NCBI GenBank assembly: GCA_964016885.1
Contig: OZ024751.1
Span: forward strand, 930,001 to 994,000
Direction: 5' to 3'
Source of the DNA: Eledone cirrhosa
Lineage: Eukaryota
DNA length: 64,000 bases
Shown here: positions 35,501 to 50,500 of the stretch, piece after piece
Numbering within the stretch: the first letter of the stretch is position 1
Layout: every line of letters starts with the position of its first letter
The notes under the pieces: model-generated
Databases searched by the model: none
What the model was told of the DNA's origin: nothing
Seen by the model: only the letters and a program-made list of their open reading frames with translations
Made by a program: the position numbers and the translations under genes

Positions 35501-38500
35501 TGTAGTTATGTATATATCAACTGTACACACTTCCCTGAGTACAGTGGGTGAGTGTAGATATGTATATATCAACTGTACTCACTTCCCTGAGTACAGTGGG
35601 TGAGTGTCGATATGTGTATATCAACTGTACACACTTCCCTGCGTACAGTGTGTGAGTGTAGATATGTATATATCAACTGTACACACTTCTCTGAGTACAG
35701 TGGGTGAGTGTAGATATGTGTATATCAACTGTAGACACTTCCCTGAGTACAGTGTGTGAGTGTAGATATGTGTATATCAACTATACACACTTCCCTGAGT
35801 ACAGTGTGTGAGTGTAGATATGTATATATCAACTATACACACTTGCCTGAGTACAGTGTGTGAGTGTAGATATGTGTATATCAACTGTACACACTTCCCT
35901 GAGTACAGTGGGTGAGTGTAGATATATATATATCAATTGTACTCACTTCCCTGAGTACAGTGGGTGAGTGTAGATATGTATATATCAACTATACACACTT
36001 CCCTGAGTACAGTGTGTGAGTGTAGATATGTATATATCAACTATACACACTTCCCTGAGTACAGTGTGTGAGTGTAGATATGTGTATATCAACTGTACAC
36101 ACTTCCCTGAGTACAGTGGGTGAGGGTAGATATATATATATCAATTGTACTCACTTCCCTGAGTACAGTGAGTGAGTGTCGATATGTGTATATCAACTGT
36201 ACACACTTCCCTGAGTACAGTGTGTGAGTGTAGATATGTATATATCAACTGTACACACTTCCCTGAGTACTGTAGGTGAGTGTAGATATGTGTATATCAA
36301 CTGTACACACTTCCCTGAGTACAGTGTGTGAGTGTAGATATGTGTATATCAACTATACACACTTCCCTAAGTACAGTGTGTGAGTGTAGATATATATATA
36401 TCAACTATACACACTTCCCTGAGTACAGTGTGTGAGTGTAGATATGTATATATCAACTGTACACACTTCTCTGAGTACAGTGTGTGAGTGTAGATATGTA
36501 TATATCAACTGTACACACTTCCCTGAGTGCAGTGTGTGAGTGTAGATATGTGTATACCAACTATACACACTTCCCTGAGTACAGTGTGTGAGTGTAGATA
36601 TGTATATATCAACTGTACGCACTTCCCTGAGTAGAGTGTGTGAGTGTAGATATGTATATATCAACTGTACACACTTCCCTGAGTGCAGTGTGTGAGTGTA
36701 GATATGTGTATACCAACTATACACACTTCCCTGAGTACAGTGTGTGAGTGTAGATATGTATATATCAACTGTACGCACTTCCCTGAGTAGAGTGTGTGAG
36801 TGTAGATATGTATATATCAACTGTACACACTTCCCTGAGTACAGTGTGTGAGTGTAGATATGTATATATCGACTGTACACACTTCCCTGAGTACAGTGTG
36901 TGAGTGTAGATATGTATATATCAACTATACACGCTTCTCTGAGTACAGTGTGTGAGTGTAGATATGTATATATCAACTGTACACACTTCAATGAGTACAG
37001 TGTGTGAGTGTAGATATGTATATATCAACTATACACGCTTCTCTGAGTACAGTGTGTGAGTGTAGATATGTATATATCAACTATACACGCTTCCCTGAGT
37101 ACAGTGTGTGAGTGTAGATATGTGTATATCAACTATACACACTTCCCTGAGTACAGTGTGTGAGTGTAGATATGTATATATCAACTATACACGCTTTCCT
37201 GAGTACAGTGTGTGAGTGTAGATATGTGTATATCAACTATACACACTTCCCTGAGTACAGTGTGTGAGTGTAGATATGTATATATCAAGTGTACACACTT
37301 CCCTGAGTACAGTGGGTGAGTGTAGATATGTATATATCAACTGTACTCACTTCCCTGAGTACAGTGGGTGAGTGTCGATATGTGTATATCAACTGTACAC
37401 ACTTCCCTGAGTACAGTGTGTGAGTGTAGATATGTGTATATCAACTATACAGACTTCCCTGAGTACAGTGTGTGAGTGTAGATATGTATATATCAACTAT
37501 ACACACTTCCCTGAGTACAGTGTGTGAGTGTAGATATGTGTATATCAACTGTACACACTTCCCTGAGTACAGTGGGTGAGTGTAGATATATATATATCAA
37601 TTGTACTCACTTCCCTGAGTACAGTGGGTGAGTGTAGATATGTATATATCAACTGTACTCACTTCCCTGAGTACAGTGTGTGAGTGTAGATATGTGTATA
37701 CACACTTCCCTGAGTACAGTGTGTGAGTGTAGATATGTATATATCAACTATACACACTTCCCTGAGTACTGTGTGTGAGTGTAGATATGTATATATCAAC
37801 TATACACGCTTCTCTGAGTACAGTGTGTGAGTGTAGATATGTATATATCAACTGTACACACTTCCCTGAGTACAGTGTGTGAGTGTAGATATGTATATAT
37901 CAACTATACACGCTTCTCTGAGTACAGTGTGTGAGTGTAGATATGTATATATCAACTATACACGCTTCCCTGAGTACAGTGTGTGAGTGTAGATATGTGT
38001 ATATCAACTATACACACTTCCCTGAGTACAGTGTGTGAGTGTAGATATGTATATATCAACTATACACACTTCCCTGAGTACAGTGTGTGAGTGTAGATAT
38101 GTATATATCAAGTGTACACACTTCCTTGAGTACAGCGTGTGAGTGTAGATATGTATATATCAAGTGTACACACTTCCCTGAGTACAGTGTGTGAGTGTAG
38201 ATATGTATATATCAAGTGTACACACTTCCCTGAGTACAGTGTGTGAGTGTAGATATGTATATATCAACTGTACACACTTCCCTGAGTACAGTGTGTGAGT
38301 GTAGATATGTATATATCAACTGTACACACTTCCCTGAGTACAGTGTGTGAGTGTAGATATGTATATATCAACTATACACACTTCCCTGAGTACAGTGTGT
38401 GAGTGTAGATATGAATATATCAACTATACACACTTCCCTGAGTACAGTGTGTGAGTGTAGATATGTGTATATCAACTGTACACACTTCCCTGAGTACAGT

Positions 38501-41500
38501 GTGTGAGTGTAGATATGTATATATCAACTATACACACTTCCCTGAGTACAGTGTGTGAGTGTAGATATGAATATATCAACTATACACACTTCCCTGAGTA
38601 CAGTGTGTGAGTGTAGATATGTGTATATCAACTGTACACACTTCCCTGAGTACAGTGGGTGAGTGTAGATATGTATATATCAACTGTACACACTTCCCTG
38701 AGTACAGTGTGTGAGTGTAGATATGTATATATCAAGTGTACACACTTCCTTGAGTACAGCGTGTGAGTGTAGATATGTATATATGAACTATACACGCTTC
38801 TCTGAGTACAGTGTGTGAGTGTAGATATGTATATATGAACTGTACACACTTCTCTGAGTACAGTGTGTGAGTGTAGATATGTATATATGAACTGTACACA
38901 CTTCCTTGAGTACAGCGTGTGAGTGTAGATATGTATATATCAAGTGTACACACTTCCCTGAGTACAGTGTGTGAGTGTAGATATGTATATATCAACTATA
39001 CACACTTCCCTGAGTACAGTGTGTGAGTGTAGATATGTGTATATCAACTGTACACACTTCCCTGAGTACAGTGTGTGAGTGTAGATATGTATATATCAAC
39101 TGTACACACTTCCCTGAGTACAGTGTGTGAGTGTAGGTATGTATATATCAACTATACACGCTTCTCTGAGTACAGTGTGTGAGTGTAGATATGTATATAT
39201 CAACTGTACGCACTTCCCTGAGTACAGTGTGTGAGTGTAGATATGTATATATCAACTGTACACACTTCCCTGAGTACAGTGTGTGAGTGTAGGTATGTAT
39301 ATATCAACTATACACACTTCCCTGAGTACAGTGTGTGAGTGTATATATGTATATATCAAGTGTACACACTTCCTTGAGTACAGCGTGTGAGTGTAGATAT
39401 GTATATATCAAGTGTACACACTTCCCTGAGTACAGTGTGTGAGTGTAGATATGTATATATCAACTATACACACTTCCCTGAGTACAGTGTGTGAGTGTAG
39501 ATATGTGTATATCAACTGTACACACTTCCCTGAGTACAGTGTGTGAGTGTAGATATGTATATATCAACTGTACACACTTCCCTGAGTACAGTGTGTGAGT
39601 GTAGGTATGTATATATCAACTATACACACTTCCCTGAGTACAGTGTGTGAGTGTAGATATGTGTATATCAACTGTACACACTTCCCTGAGTACAGTGGGT
39701 GAGTGTAGATATGTGTATATCAACTGTACACACTTCCCTGAGTACAGCGTGTGAGTGTAGATATGTGTATATCAACTATACACACTTCCCTAAGTACAGT
39801 GTGTGAGTGTAGATATGTATATATCAACTGTACACACTTCTCTGAGTACAGTGGGTGAGTGTAGATATGTGTATATCAACTGTACACACTTCCCTGAGTA
39901 CAGTGTGTGAGTGTAGATATGTGTATATCAACTGTACACGCTTCCCTGAGTACAGTGTGTGAGTGTAGATATGTGTATATTAACTGTACACACTTCCCTG
40001 AGTACAGTGAGTGAGGGTAGATATGTGTATACACACTTCCCTGAGTATAGTGTGTGAGTGTAGATATGTATATATCAACTATACACACTTCCCTGAGAAC
40101 AGTGGGTGAGTGTAGATATGTATATATCAACTGTACACACTTCTCTGAGAACAGTGGGTGAGTGTAGATATGTATATATCAACTGTACACACTTCCCTGA
40201 GTACAGTGTGTGAGTGTAGATATGTGTATACACACTTCCCTGAGTACAGTGTGTGAGTGTAGATATGTATATATCAACTGTACACACTTCTCTGAGTACA
40301 GTGTGTGAGTGTAGATATGTATATATCAACTGTACACACTTCTCTGAGTACAGTGGGTAAGTGTAGATATGTATATATCAACTGTACACACTTCCCTGAG
40401 TACAGTGTGTGAGTGTAGATATGTATATATCAACTATACACACTTCCCTGAGTACAGTGTGTGAGTGTAGATATGTATATTTCAACTATACACACTTCTC
40501 TGATTACAGTGTGTGAGTGTAGATATGTATATATCAACTGTACACACTTCTCTGAGTACAGTGGGTGAGTGTAGATATGTATATATCAACTATACACACT
40601 TCCCTGAGTACAGTGTGTGAGTGTAGATATGTGTATATCAACTATACACACTTCCCTGAGTACAGTGTGTGAGTGTAGATATGTATATATCAACTATACA
40701 CACTTCCCTGAGTACAGTGTGTGAGTGTAGATATGTGTATATCAACTGTACACACTTCCCTGAGTACAGTGGGTGAGGGTAGATATATATATATCAATTG
40801 TACTCACTTCCCTGAGTACAGTGAGTGAGTGTCGATATGTGTATATCAACTGTACACACTTCCCTGAGTACAGTGTGTGAGTGTAGATATGTATATATCA
40901 ACTGTACACACTTCCCTGAGTACTGTAGGTGAGTGTAGATATGTGTATATCAACTGTACACACTTCCCTGAGTACAGTGTGTGAGTGTAGATATGTGTAT
41001 ATCAACTATACACACTTCCCTAAGTACAGTGTGTGAGTGTAGATATATATATATCAACTATACACACTTCCCTGAGTACAGTGTGTGAGTGTAGATATGT
41101 ATATATCAACTGTACACACTTCTCTGAGTACAGTGTGTGAGTGTAGATATGTATATATCAACTGTACACACTTCCCTGAGTGCAGTGTGTGAGTGTAGAT
41201 ATGTGTATACCAACTATACACACTTCCCTGAGTACAGTGTGTGAGTGTAGATATGTATATATCAACTGTACGCACTTCCCTGAGTAGAGTGTGTGAGTGT
41301 AGATATGTATATATCAACTGTACACACTTCCCTGAGTGCAGTGTGTGAGTGTAGATATGTGTATACCAACTATACACACTTCCCTGAGTACAGTGTGTGA
41401 GTGTAGATATGTATATATCAACTGTACGCACTTCCCTGAGTAGAGTGTGTGAGTGTAGATATGTATATATCAACTGTACACACTTCCCTGAGTACAGTGT

Positions 41501-44500
41501 GTGAGTGTAGATATGTATATATCGACTGTACACACTTCCCTGAGTACAGTGTGTGAGTGTAGATATGTATATATCAACTATACACGCTTCTCTGAGTACA
41601 GTGTGTGAGTGTAGATATGTATATATCAACTGTACACACTTCAATGAGTACAGTGTGTGAGTGTAGATATGTATATATCAACTATACACGCTTCTCTGAG
41701 TACAGTGTGTGAGTGTAGATATGTATATATCAACTATACACGCTTCCCTGAGTACAGTGTGTGAGTGTAGATATGTGTATATCAACTATACACACTTCCC
41801 TGAGTACAGTGTGTGAGTGTAGATATGTATATATCAACTATACACGCTTTCCTGAGTACAGTGTGTGAGTGTAGATATGTGTATATCAACTATACACACT
41901 TCCCTGAGTACAGTGTGTGAGTGTAGATATGTATATATCAAGTGTACACACTTCCCTGAGTACAGTGGGTGAGTGTAGATATGTATATATCAACTGTACT
42001 CACTTCCCTGAGTACAGTGGGTGAGTGTCGATATGTGTATATCAACTGTACACACTTCCCTGAGTACAGTGTGTGAGTGTAGATATGTGTATATCAACTA
42101 TACAGACTTCCCTGAGTACAGTGTGTGAGTGTAGATATGTATATATCAACTATACACACTTCCCTGAGTACAGTGTGTGAGTGTAGATATGTGTATATCA
42201 ACTGTACACACTTCCCTGAGTACAGTGGGTGAGTGTAGATATATATATATCAATTGTACTCACTTCCCTGAGTACAGTGGGTGAGTGTAGATATGTATAT
42301 ATCAACTGTACTCACTTCCCTGAGTACAGTGTGTGAGTGTAGATATGTGTATACACACTTCCCTGAGTACAGTGTGTGAGTGTAGATATGTATATATCAA
42401 CTATACACACTTCCCTGAGTACTGTGTGTGAGTGTAGATATGTATATATCAACTATACACGCTTCTCTGAGTACAGTGTGTGAGTGTAGATATGTATATA
42501 TCAACTGTACACACTTCCCTGAGTACAGTGTGTGAGTGTAGATATGTATATATCAACTATACACGCTTCTCTGAGTACAGTGTGTGAGTGTAGATATGTA
42601 TATATCAACTATACACGCTTCCCTGAGTACAGTGTGTGAGTGTAGATATGTGTATATCAACTATACACACTTCCCTGAGTACAGTGTGTGAGTGTAGATA
42701 TGTATATATCAACTATACACACTTCCCTGAGTACAGTGTGTGAGTGTAGATATGTATATATCAAGTGTACACACTTCCTTGAGTACAGCGTGTGAGTGTA
42801 GATATGTATATATCAAGTGTACACACTTCCCTGAGTACAGTGTGTGAGTGTAGATATGTATATATCAAGTGTACACACTTCCCTGAGTACAGTGTGTGAG
42901 TGTAGATATGTATATATCAACTGTACACACTTCCCTGAGTACAGTGTGTGAGTGTAGATATGTATATATCAACTGTACACACTTCCCTGAGTACAGTGTG
43001 TGAGTGTAGATATGTATATATCAACTATACACACTTCCCTGAGTACAGTGTGTGAGTGTAGATATGAATATATCAACTATACACACTTCCCTGAGTACAG
43101 TGTGTGAGTGTAGATATGTGTATATCAACTGTACACACTTCCCTGAGTACAGTGGGTGAGTGTAGATATGTATATATCAACTGTACACACTTCCCTGAGT
43201 ACAGTGTGTGAGTGTAGATATGTATATATCAAGTGTACACACTTCCTTGAGTACAGCGTGTGAGTGTAGACATGTATATATGAACTATACACGCTTCTCT
43301 GAGTACAGTGTGTGAGTGTAGATATGTATATATGAACTGTACACACTTCTCTGAGTACAGTGTGTGAGTGTAGATATGTATATATGAACTGTACACACTT
43401 CCTTGAGTACAGCGTGTGAGTGTAGATATGTATATATCAAGTGTACACACTTCCCTGAGTACAGTGTGTGAGTGTAGATATGTATATATCAACTATACAC
43501 TCTTCCCTGAGTACAGTGTGTGAGTGTAGATATGTGTATATCAACTGTACACACTTCCCTGAGTACAGTGTGTGAGTGTAGATATGTATATATCAACTGT
43601 ACACACTTCCCTGAGTACAGTGTGTGAGTGTAGGTATGTATATATCAACTATACACGCTTCTCTGAGTACAGTGTGTGAGTGTAGATATGTATATATCAA
43701 CTGTACACACTTCCCTGAGTACAGTGTGTGAGTGTAGATATGTATATATCAACTGTACACACTTCCCTGAGTACAGTGTGTGAGTGTAGGTATGTATATA
43801 TCAACTATACACACTTCCCTGAGTACAGTGTGTGAGTGTAGATATGTATATATCAAGTGTACACACTTCCTTGAGTACAGCGTGTGAGTGTAGATATGTA
43901 TATATCAAGTGTACACACTTCCCTGAGTACAGTGTGTGAGTGTAGATATGTATATATCAACTATACACACTTCCCTGAGTACAGTGTGTGAGTGTAGATA
44001 TGTGTATATCAACTGTACACACTTCCCTGAGTACAGTGTGTGAGTGTAGATATGTATATATCAACTGTACACACTTCCCTGAGTACAGTGTGTGAGTGTA
44101 GGTATGTATATATCAACTATACACACTTCCCTGAGTACAGTGTGTGAGTGTAGATATGTGTATATCAACTGTACACACTTCCCTGAGTACAGTGGGTGAG
44201 TGTAGATATGTGTATATCAACTGTACACACTTCCCTGAGTACAGCGTGTGAGTGTAGATATGTGTATATCAACTATACACACTTCCCTAAGTACAGTGTG
44301 TGAGTGTAGATATGTATATATCAACTGTACACACTTCTCTGAGTACAGTGGGTGAGTGTAGATATGTGTATATCAACTGTACACACTTCCCTGAGTACAG
44401 TGTGTGAGTGTAGATATGTGTATATCAACTGTACACGCTTCCCTGAGTACAGTGTGTGAGTGTAGATATGTGTATATTAACTGTACACACTTCCCTGAGT

Positions 44501-47500
44501 ACAGTGTGTGAGGGTAGATATGTGTATACACACTTCCCTGAGTATAGTGTGTGAGTGTAGATATGTATATATCAACTATACACACTTCCCTGAGAACAGT
44601 GGGTGAGTGTAGATATGTATATATCAACTGTACACACTTCTCTGAGAACAGTGGGTGAGTGTAGATATGTATATATCAACTGTACACACTTCCCTGAGTA
44701 CAGTGTGTGAGTGTAGATATGTGTATACACACTTCCCTGAGTACAGTGTGTGAGTGTAGATATGTATATATCAACTGTACACACTTCTCTGAGTACAGTG
44801 TGTGAGTGTAGATATGTATATATCAACTGTACACACTTCTCTGAGTACAGTGGGTAAGTGTAGATATGTATATATCAACTGTACACACTTCCCTGAGTAC
44901 AGTGTGTGAGTGTAGATATGTATATATCAACTATACACACTTCCCTGAGTACAGTGTGTGAGTGTAGATATGTATATTTCAACTATACACACTTCTCTGA
45001 TTACAGTGTGTGAGTGTAGATATGTATATATCAACTGTACACACTTCTCTGAGTACAGTGGGTGAGTGTAGATATGTATATATCAACTATACACACTTCC
45101 CTGAGTACAGTGTGTGAGTGTAGATATGTGTATATCAACTATACACACTTCCCTGAGTACAGTGTGTGAGTGTAGATATGTATATATCAACTGTACACAC
45201 TTCCCTGAGTAGAGTGTGTGAGTGTAGATATGTATATATCAACTGTACACACTTCCCTGAGTACAGTGTGTGAGTGTAGATATGTGTATATCAACTATAC
45301 ACACTTCCCTGAGTACAGTGTGTGAGTGTAGATATGTGTATATCAACTGTACACACTTCCCTGAGTACAGTGTGTGAGTGTAGATATGTATATATCAACT
45401 ATACACGCTTCTCTGAGTACAGTGTGTGAGTGTAGATATGTATATATCAACTATACACGCTTCTCTGAGTACAGTGTGTGAGTGTAGATATGTATATATC
45501 AACTGTACACACTTCCCTGAGTACAGTGTGTGAGTTTAGATATGTATATATCAAGTGTACACACTTCCCTGAGTACAGTGTGTGAGTGTAGATATGTATA
45601 TATCAAGTGTACACACTTCCCTGAGTATAGTGGGTGAGTGTAGATATGTGTATATCAACTGTACACACTTCCCTGAGTACAGTGTGTGAGTGTAGATATG
45701 TGTATATCAACTATACACACTTCCCTAAGTACAGTGTGTGAGTGTAGATATGTATATATCAACTATACACACTTCCCTGAGTACAGTGTGTGAGTGTAGA
45801 TATGTGTATATCAACTGTACACACTTCCCTGAGTACAGTGGGTGAGGGTAGATATATATATATCAATTGTACTCACTTCCCTGAGTACAGTGGGTGAGTG
45901 TCGATATGTGTATATCAACTGTACACACTTCCCTGAGTACAGTGTGTGAGTGTAGATATGTATATATCAACTGTACACACTTCCCTGAGTACTGTAGGTG
46001 AGTGTAGATATGTGTATATCAACTGTACACACTTCCCTGAGTACAGTGTGTGAGTGTAGATATGTGTATATCAACTATACACACTTCCCTAAGTACAGTG
46101 TGTGAGTGTAGATATGTATATATCAACTATACACACTTCCCTGAGTACAGTGTGTGAGTGTAGATATGTATATATCAACTGTACACACTTCTCTGAGTAC
46201 AGTGTGTGAGTGTAGATATGTATATATCAACTGTACACACTTCTCTGAGTACAGTGGGTGAGTGTAGATACGTATATATCAACTGTACACACTTCTCTGA
46301 GTACAGTGTGTGAGTGTAGATATGTATATATCAACTGTACACACTTCCCTGAGTGCAGTGTGTGAGTGTAGATATGTGTATACCAACTATACACACTTCC
46401 CTGAGTACAGTGTGTGAGTGTAGATATGTATATATCAACTGTACACACTTCTCTGAGTACAGTGTGTGAGTGTAGATATGTGTATATCAACTATACACGC
46501 TTCCCTGAGTACAGTGTGTGAGTGTAGATATGTGTATATCAACTATACACACTTCCCTGAGTACAGTGGGTGAGTGTAGATATGTATATATCAACTGTAC
46601 ACACTTCCCTGAGTACAGTGTGTGAGTGTAGATATGTATATATCAACTGTACACACTTCCCTGAGTACAGTGGGTGAGTGTAGATATGTATATATCAACT
46701 GTACACACTTCCCTGAGTACAGTGTGTGAGTGTAGATATATATATATCAATTGTACTCACTTCCCTGAGTACAGTGGGTGAGTGTAGATATGTATATATC
46801 AACTGTACTCACTTCCCTGAGTACAGTGTGTGAGTGTAGATATGTGTATACACACTTCCCTGAGTACAGTGTGTGAGTGTAGATATGTATATATCAACTA
46901 TACACACTTCCCTGAGTACTGTGTGTGAGTGTAGATATGTATATATCAACTATACACGCTTCTCTGAGTACAGTGTGTGAGTGTAGATATGTATATATCA
47001 ACTGTACACACTTCCCTGAGTACAGTGTGTGAGTGTAGGTATGTATATATCAACTATACACGCTTCTCTGAGTACAGTGTGTGAGTGCAGATATGTATAT
47101 ATCAACTATACACGCTTCCCTGAGTACAGTGTGTGAGTGTAGATATGTGTATATCAACTATACACACTTCCCTGAGTACAGTGTGTGAGTGTAGATATGT
47201 ATATATCAACTATACACACTTCCCTGAGTACAGTGTGTGAGTGTAGATATGTATATATCAAGTGTACACACTTCCTTGAGTACAGCGTGTGAGTGTAGAT
47301 ATGTATATATCAAGTGTACACACTTCCCTGAGTACAGTGTGTGAGTGTAGATATGTATATATCAACTGTACACACTTCCCTGAGTACAGTGGGTGAGTGT
47401 AGATATGTATATATCAACTATACACACTTCCCTGAGTACAGTGTGTGAGTGTAGATATGTGTATATCAACTGTACACACTTCCCTGAGTACAGTGGGTGA

Positions 47501-50500
47501 GTGTAGATATATATATATCAATTGTACTCACTTCCCTGAGTACAGTGGGTGAGTGTAGATATGTATATATCAACTGTACTCACTTCCCTGAGTACAGTGG
47601 GTGAGTGTCGATATGTGTATATCAACTGTACACACTTCCCTGAGTACAGTGTGTGAGTGTAGATATGTATATATCAACTGTACACACTTCCCTGAGTACA
47701 GTGGGTGAGTGTAGATATGTGTATATCAACTGTACACACTTCCTTGAGTACAGTGTGTGAGTGTAGATATGTATATATCAACTGTACACACTTCTCTGAG
47801 TACAGTGGGTGAGTGTAGATATGTGTATATCAACTGTACACACTTCCCTGAGTACAGTGTGTGAGTGTAGATATGTGTATATCAACTGTACACGCTTCCC
47901 TGAGTACAGTGTGTGAGTGTAGATATGTGTATATTAACTGTACACACTTCCCTGAGTACAGTGTGTGAGTGTAGATATGTGTATACACACTTCCCTGAGT
48001 ATAGTGTGTGAGTGTAGATATGTATATATCAACTATACACACTTCCCTGAGAACAGTGGGTGAGTGTAGATATGTATATATCAACTGTACACACTTCTCT
48101 GAGAACAGTGGGTGAGTGTAGATATGTATATATCAACTGTACACACTTCCCTGAGTACAGTGTGTGAGTGTAGATATGTGTATACAAACTTCCCTGAGTA
48201 CAGTGTGTGAGTGTAGATATGTATATAACAACTGTACACACTTCTCTGAGTACAGTGTGTGAGTGTAGATATGTATATATCAACTGTACACACTTCTCTG
48301 AGTACAGTGGGTAAGTGTAGATATGTATATATCAACTGTACACACTTCCCTGAGTACAGTGTGTGAGTGTAGATATGTATATATCAACTATACACACTTC
48401 CCTGAGTACAGTGTGTGAGTGTAGATATGTATATTTCAACTATACACACTTCTCTGATTACAGTGTGTGAGTGTAGATATGTATATATCAACTGTACACA
48501 CTTCTCTGAGTACAGTGGGTGAGTGTAGATATGTATATATCAACTATACACACTTCCCTGAGTACAGTGTGTGAGTGTAGATATGTGTATATCAACTATA
48601 CACACTTCCCTGAGTACAGTGTGTGAGTGTAGATATGTATATATCAACTGTACACACTTCCCTGAGTAGAGTGTGTGAGTGTAGATATGTATATATCAAC
48701 TGTACACACTTCCCTGAGTACAGTGTGTGAGTGTAGATATGTGTATATCAACTATACACACTTCCCTGAGTACAGTGTGTGAGTGTAGATATGAGTATAT
48801 CAACTGTACACACTTCCCTGAGTACAGTGTGTGAGTGTAGATATGTATATATCAACTATACACGCTTCTCTGAGTAGAGTGTGTGAGTGTAGATATGTAT
48901 ATATCAACTATACACGCTTCTCTGAGTACAGTGTGTGAGTGTAGATATGTATATATCAACTGTACACACTTCCCTGAGTACAGTGTGTGAGTGTAGATAT
49001 GTATATATCAAGAGTACACACTTCCCTGAGTACAGCGTGTGAGTGTAGATATGTATATATCAAGTGTACACACTTCCCTGAGTACAGTGTGTGAGTGTAG
49101 ATATGTATATATCAAGTGTACACACTTCCCTGAGTATAGTGGGTGAGTGTAGATATGTGTATATCAACTGTACACACTTCCCTGAGTACAGTGTGTGAGT
49201 GTAGATATGTGTATATCAACTATACACACTTCCCTAAGTACAGTGTGTGAGTGTAGATATGTATATATCAACTATACACACTTCCCTGAGTACAGTGTGT
49301 GAGTGTAGATATGTGTATATCAACTGTACACACTTCCCTGAGTACAGTGGGTGAGGGTAGATATATATATATCAATTGTACTCACTTCTCTGAGTACAGT
49401 GTGTGAGTGTAGATATGTATATATCAACTGTACACACTTCCCTGAGTACTGTAGGTGAGTGTAGATATGTGTATATCAACTGTACACACTTCCCTGAGTA
49501 CAGTGTGTGAGTGTAGATATGTGTATATCAACTATACACACTTCCCTAAGTACAGTGTGTGAGTGTAGATATGTATATATCAACTATACACACTTCCCTG
49601 AGTACAGTGTGTGAGTGTAGATATGTATATATCAACTGTACACACTTCTCTGAGTACAGTGTGTGAGTGTAGATATGTATATATCAACTGTACACACTTC
49701 TCTGAGTACAGTGGGTGAGTGTAGATATGTATATATCAACTGTACACACTTCTCTGAGTACAGTGTGTGAGTGTAGATATGTATATATCAACTGTACACA
49801 CTTCCCTGAGTGCAGTGTGTGAGTGTCGATATGTGTATACCAACTATACACACTTCCCTGAGTACAGTGTGTGAGTGTAGATATGTATATATCAACTGTA
49901 CACACTTCTCTGAGTACAGTGTGTGAGTGTAGATATGTGTATATCAACTATACACGCTTCCCTGAGTACAGTGTGTGAGTGTAGATATGTGTATATCAAC
50001 TATACACACTTCCCTGAGTACAGTGGGTGAGTGTAGATATGTATATATCAACTGTACACACTTCCCTGAGTACAGTGTGTGAGTGTAGATATGTATATAT
50101 CAACTGTACACACTTCCCTGAGTACAGTGTGTGAGTGTAGATATGTATATATCAACTGTACACACTTCTCTGAGTACAGTGTGTGAGTGTAGATATGTGT
50201 ATATCAACTATACACGCTTCCCTGAGTACAGTGTGTGAGTGTAGATATGTGTATATCAACTATACACACTTCCCTGAGTACAGTGGGTGAGTGTAGATAT
50301 GTATATATCAACTGTACACACTTCCCTGAGTACAGTGTGTGAGTGTAGATATGTGTATATCAACTATACACACTTCCCTGAGTACAGTGGGTGAGTGTAG
50401 ATATGTATATATCAACTGTACACACTTCCCTGAGTACAGTGTGTGAGTGTAGATATGTATATATCAACTGTACACACTTCCCTGAGTACAGTGTGGTGAG

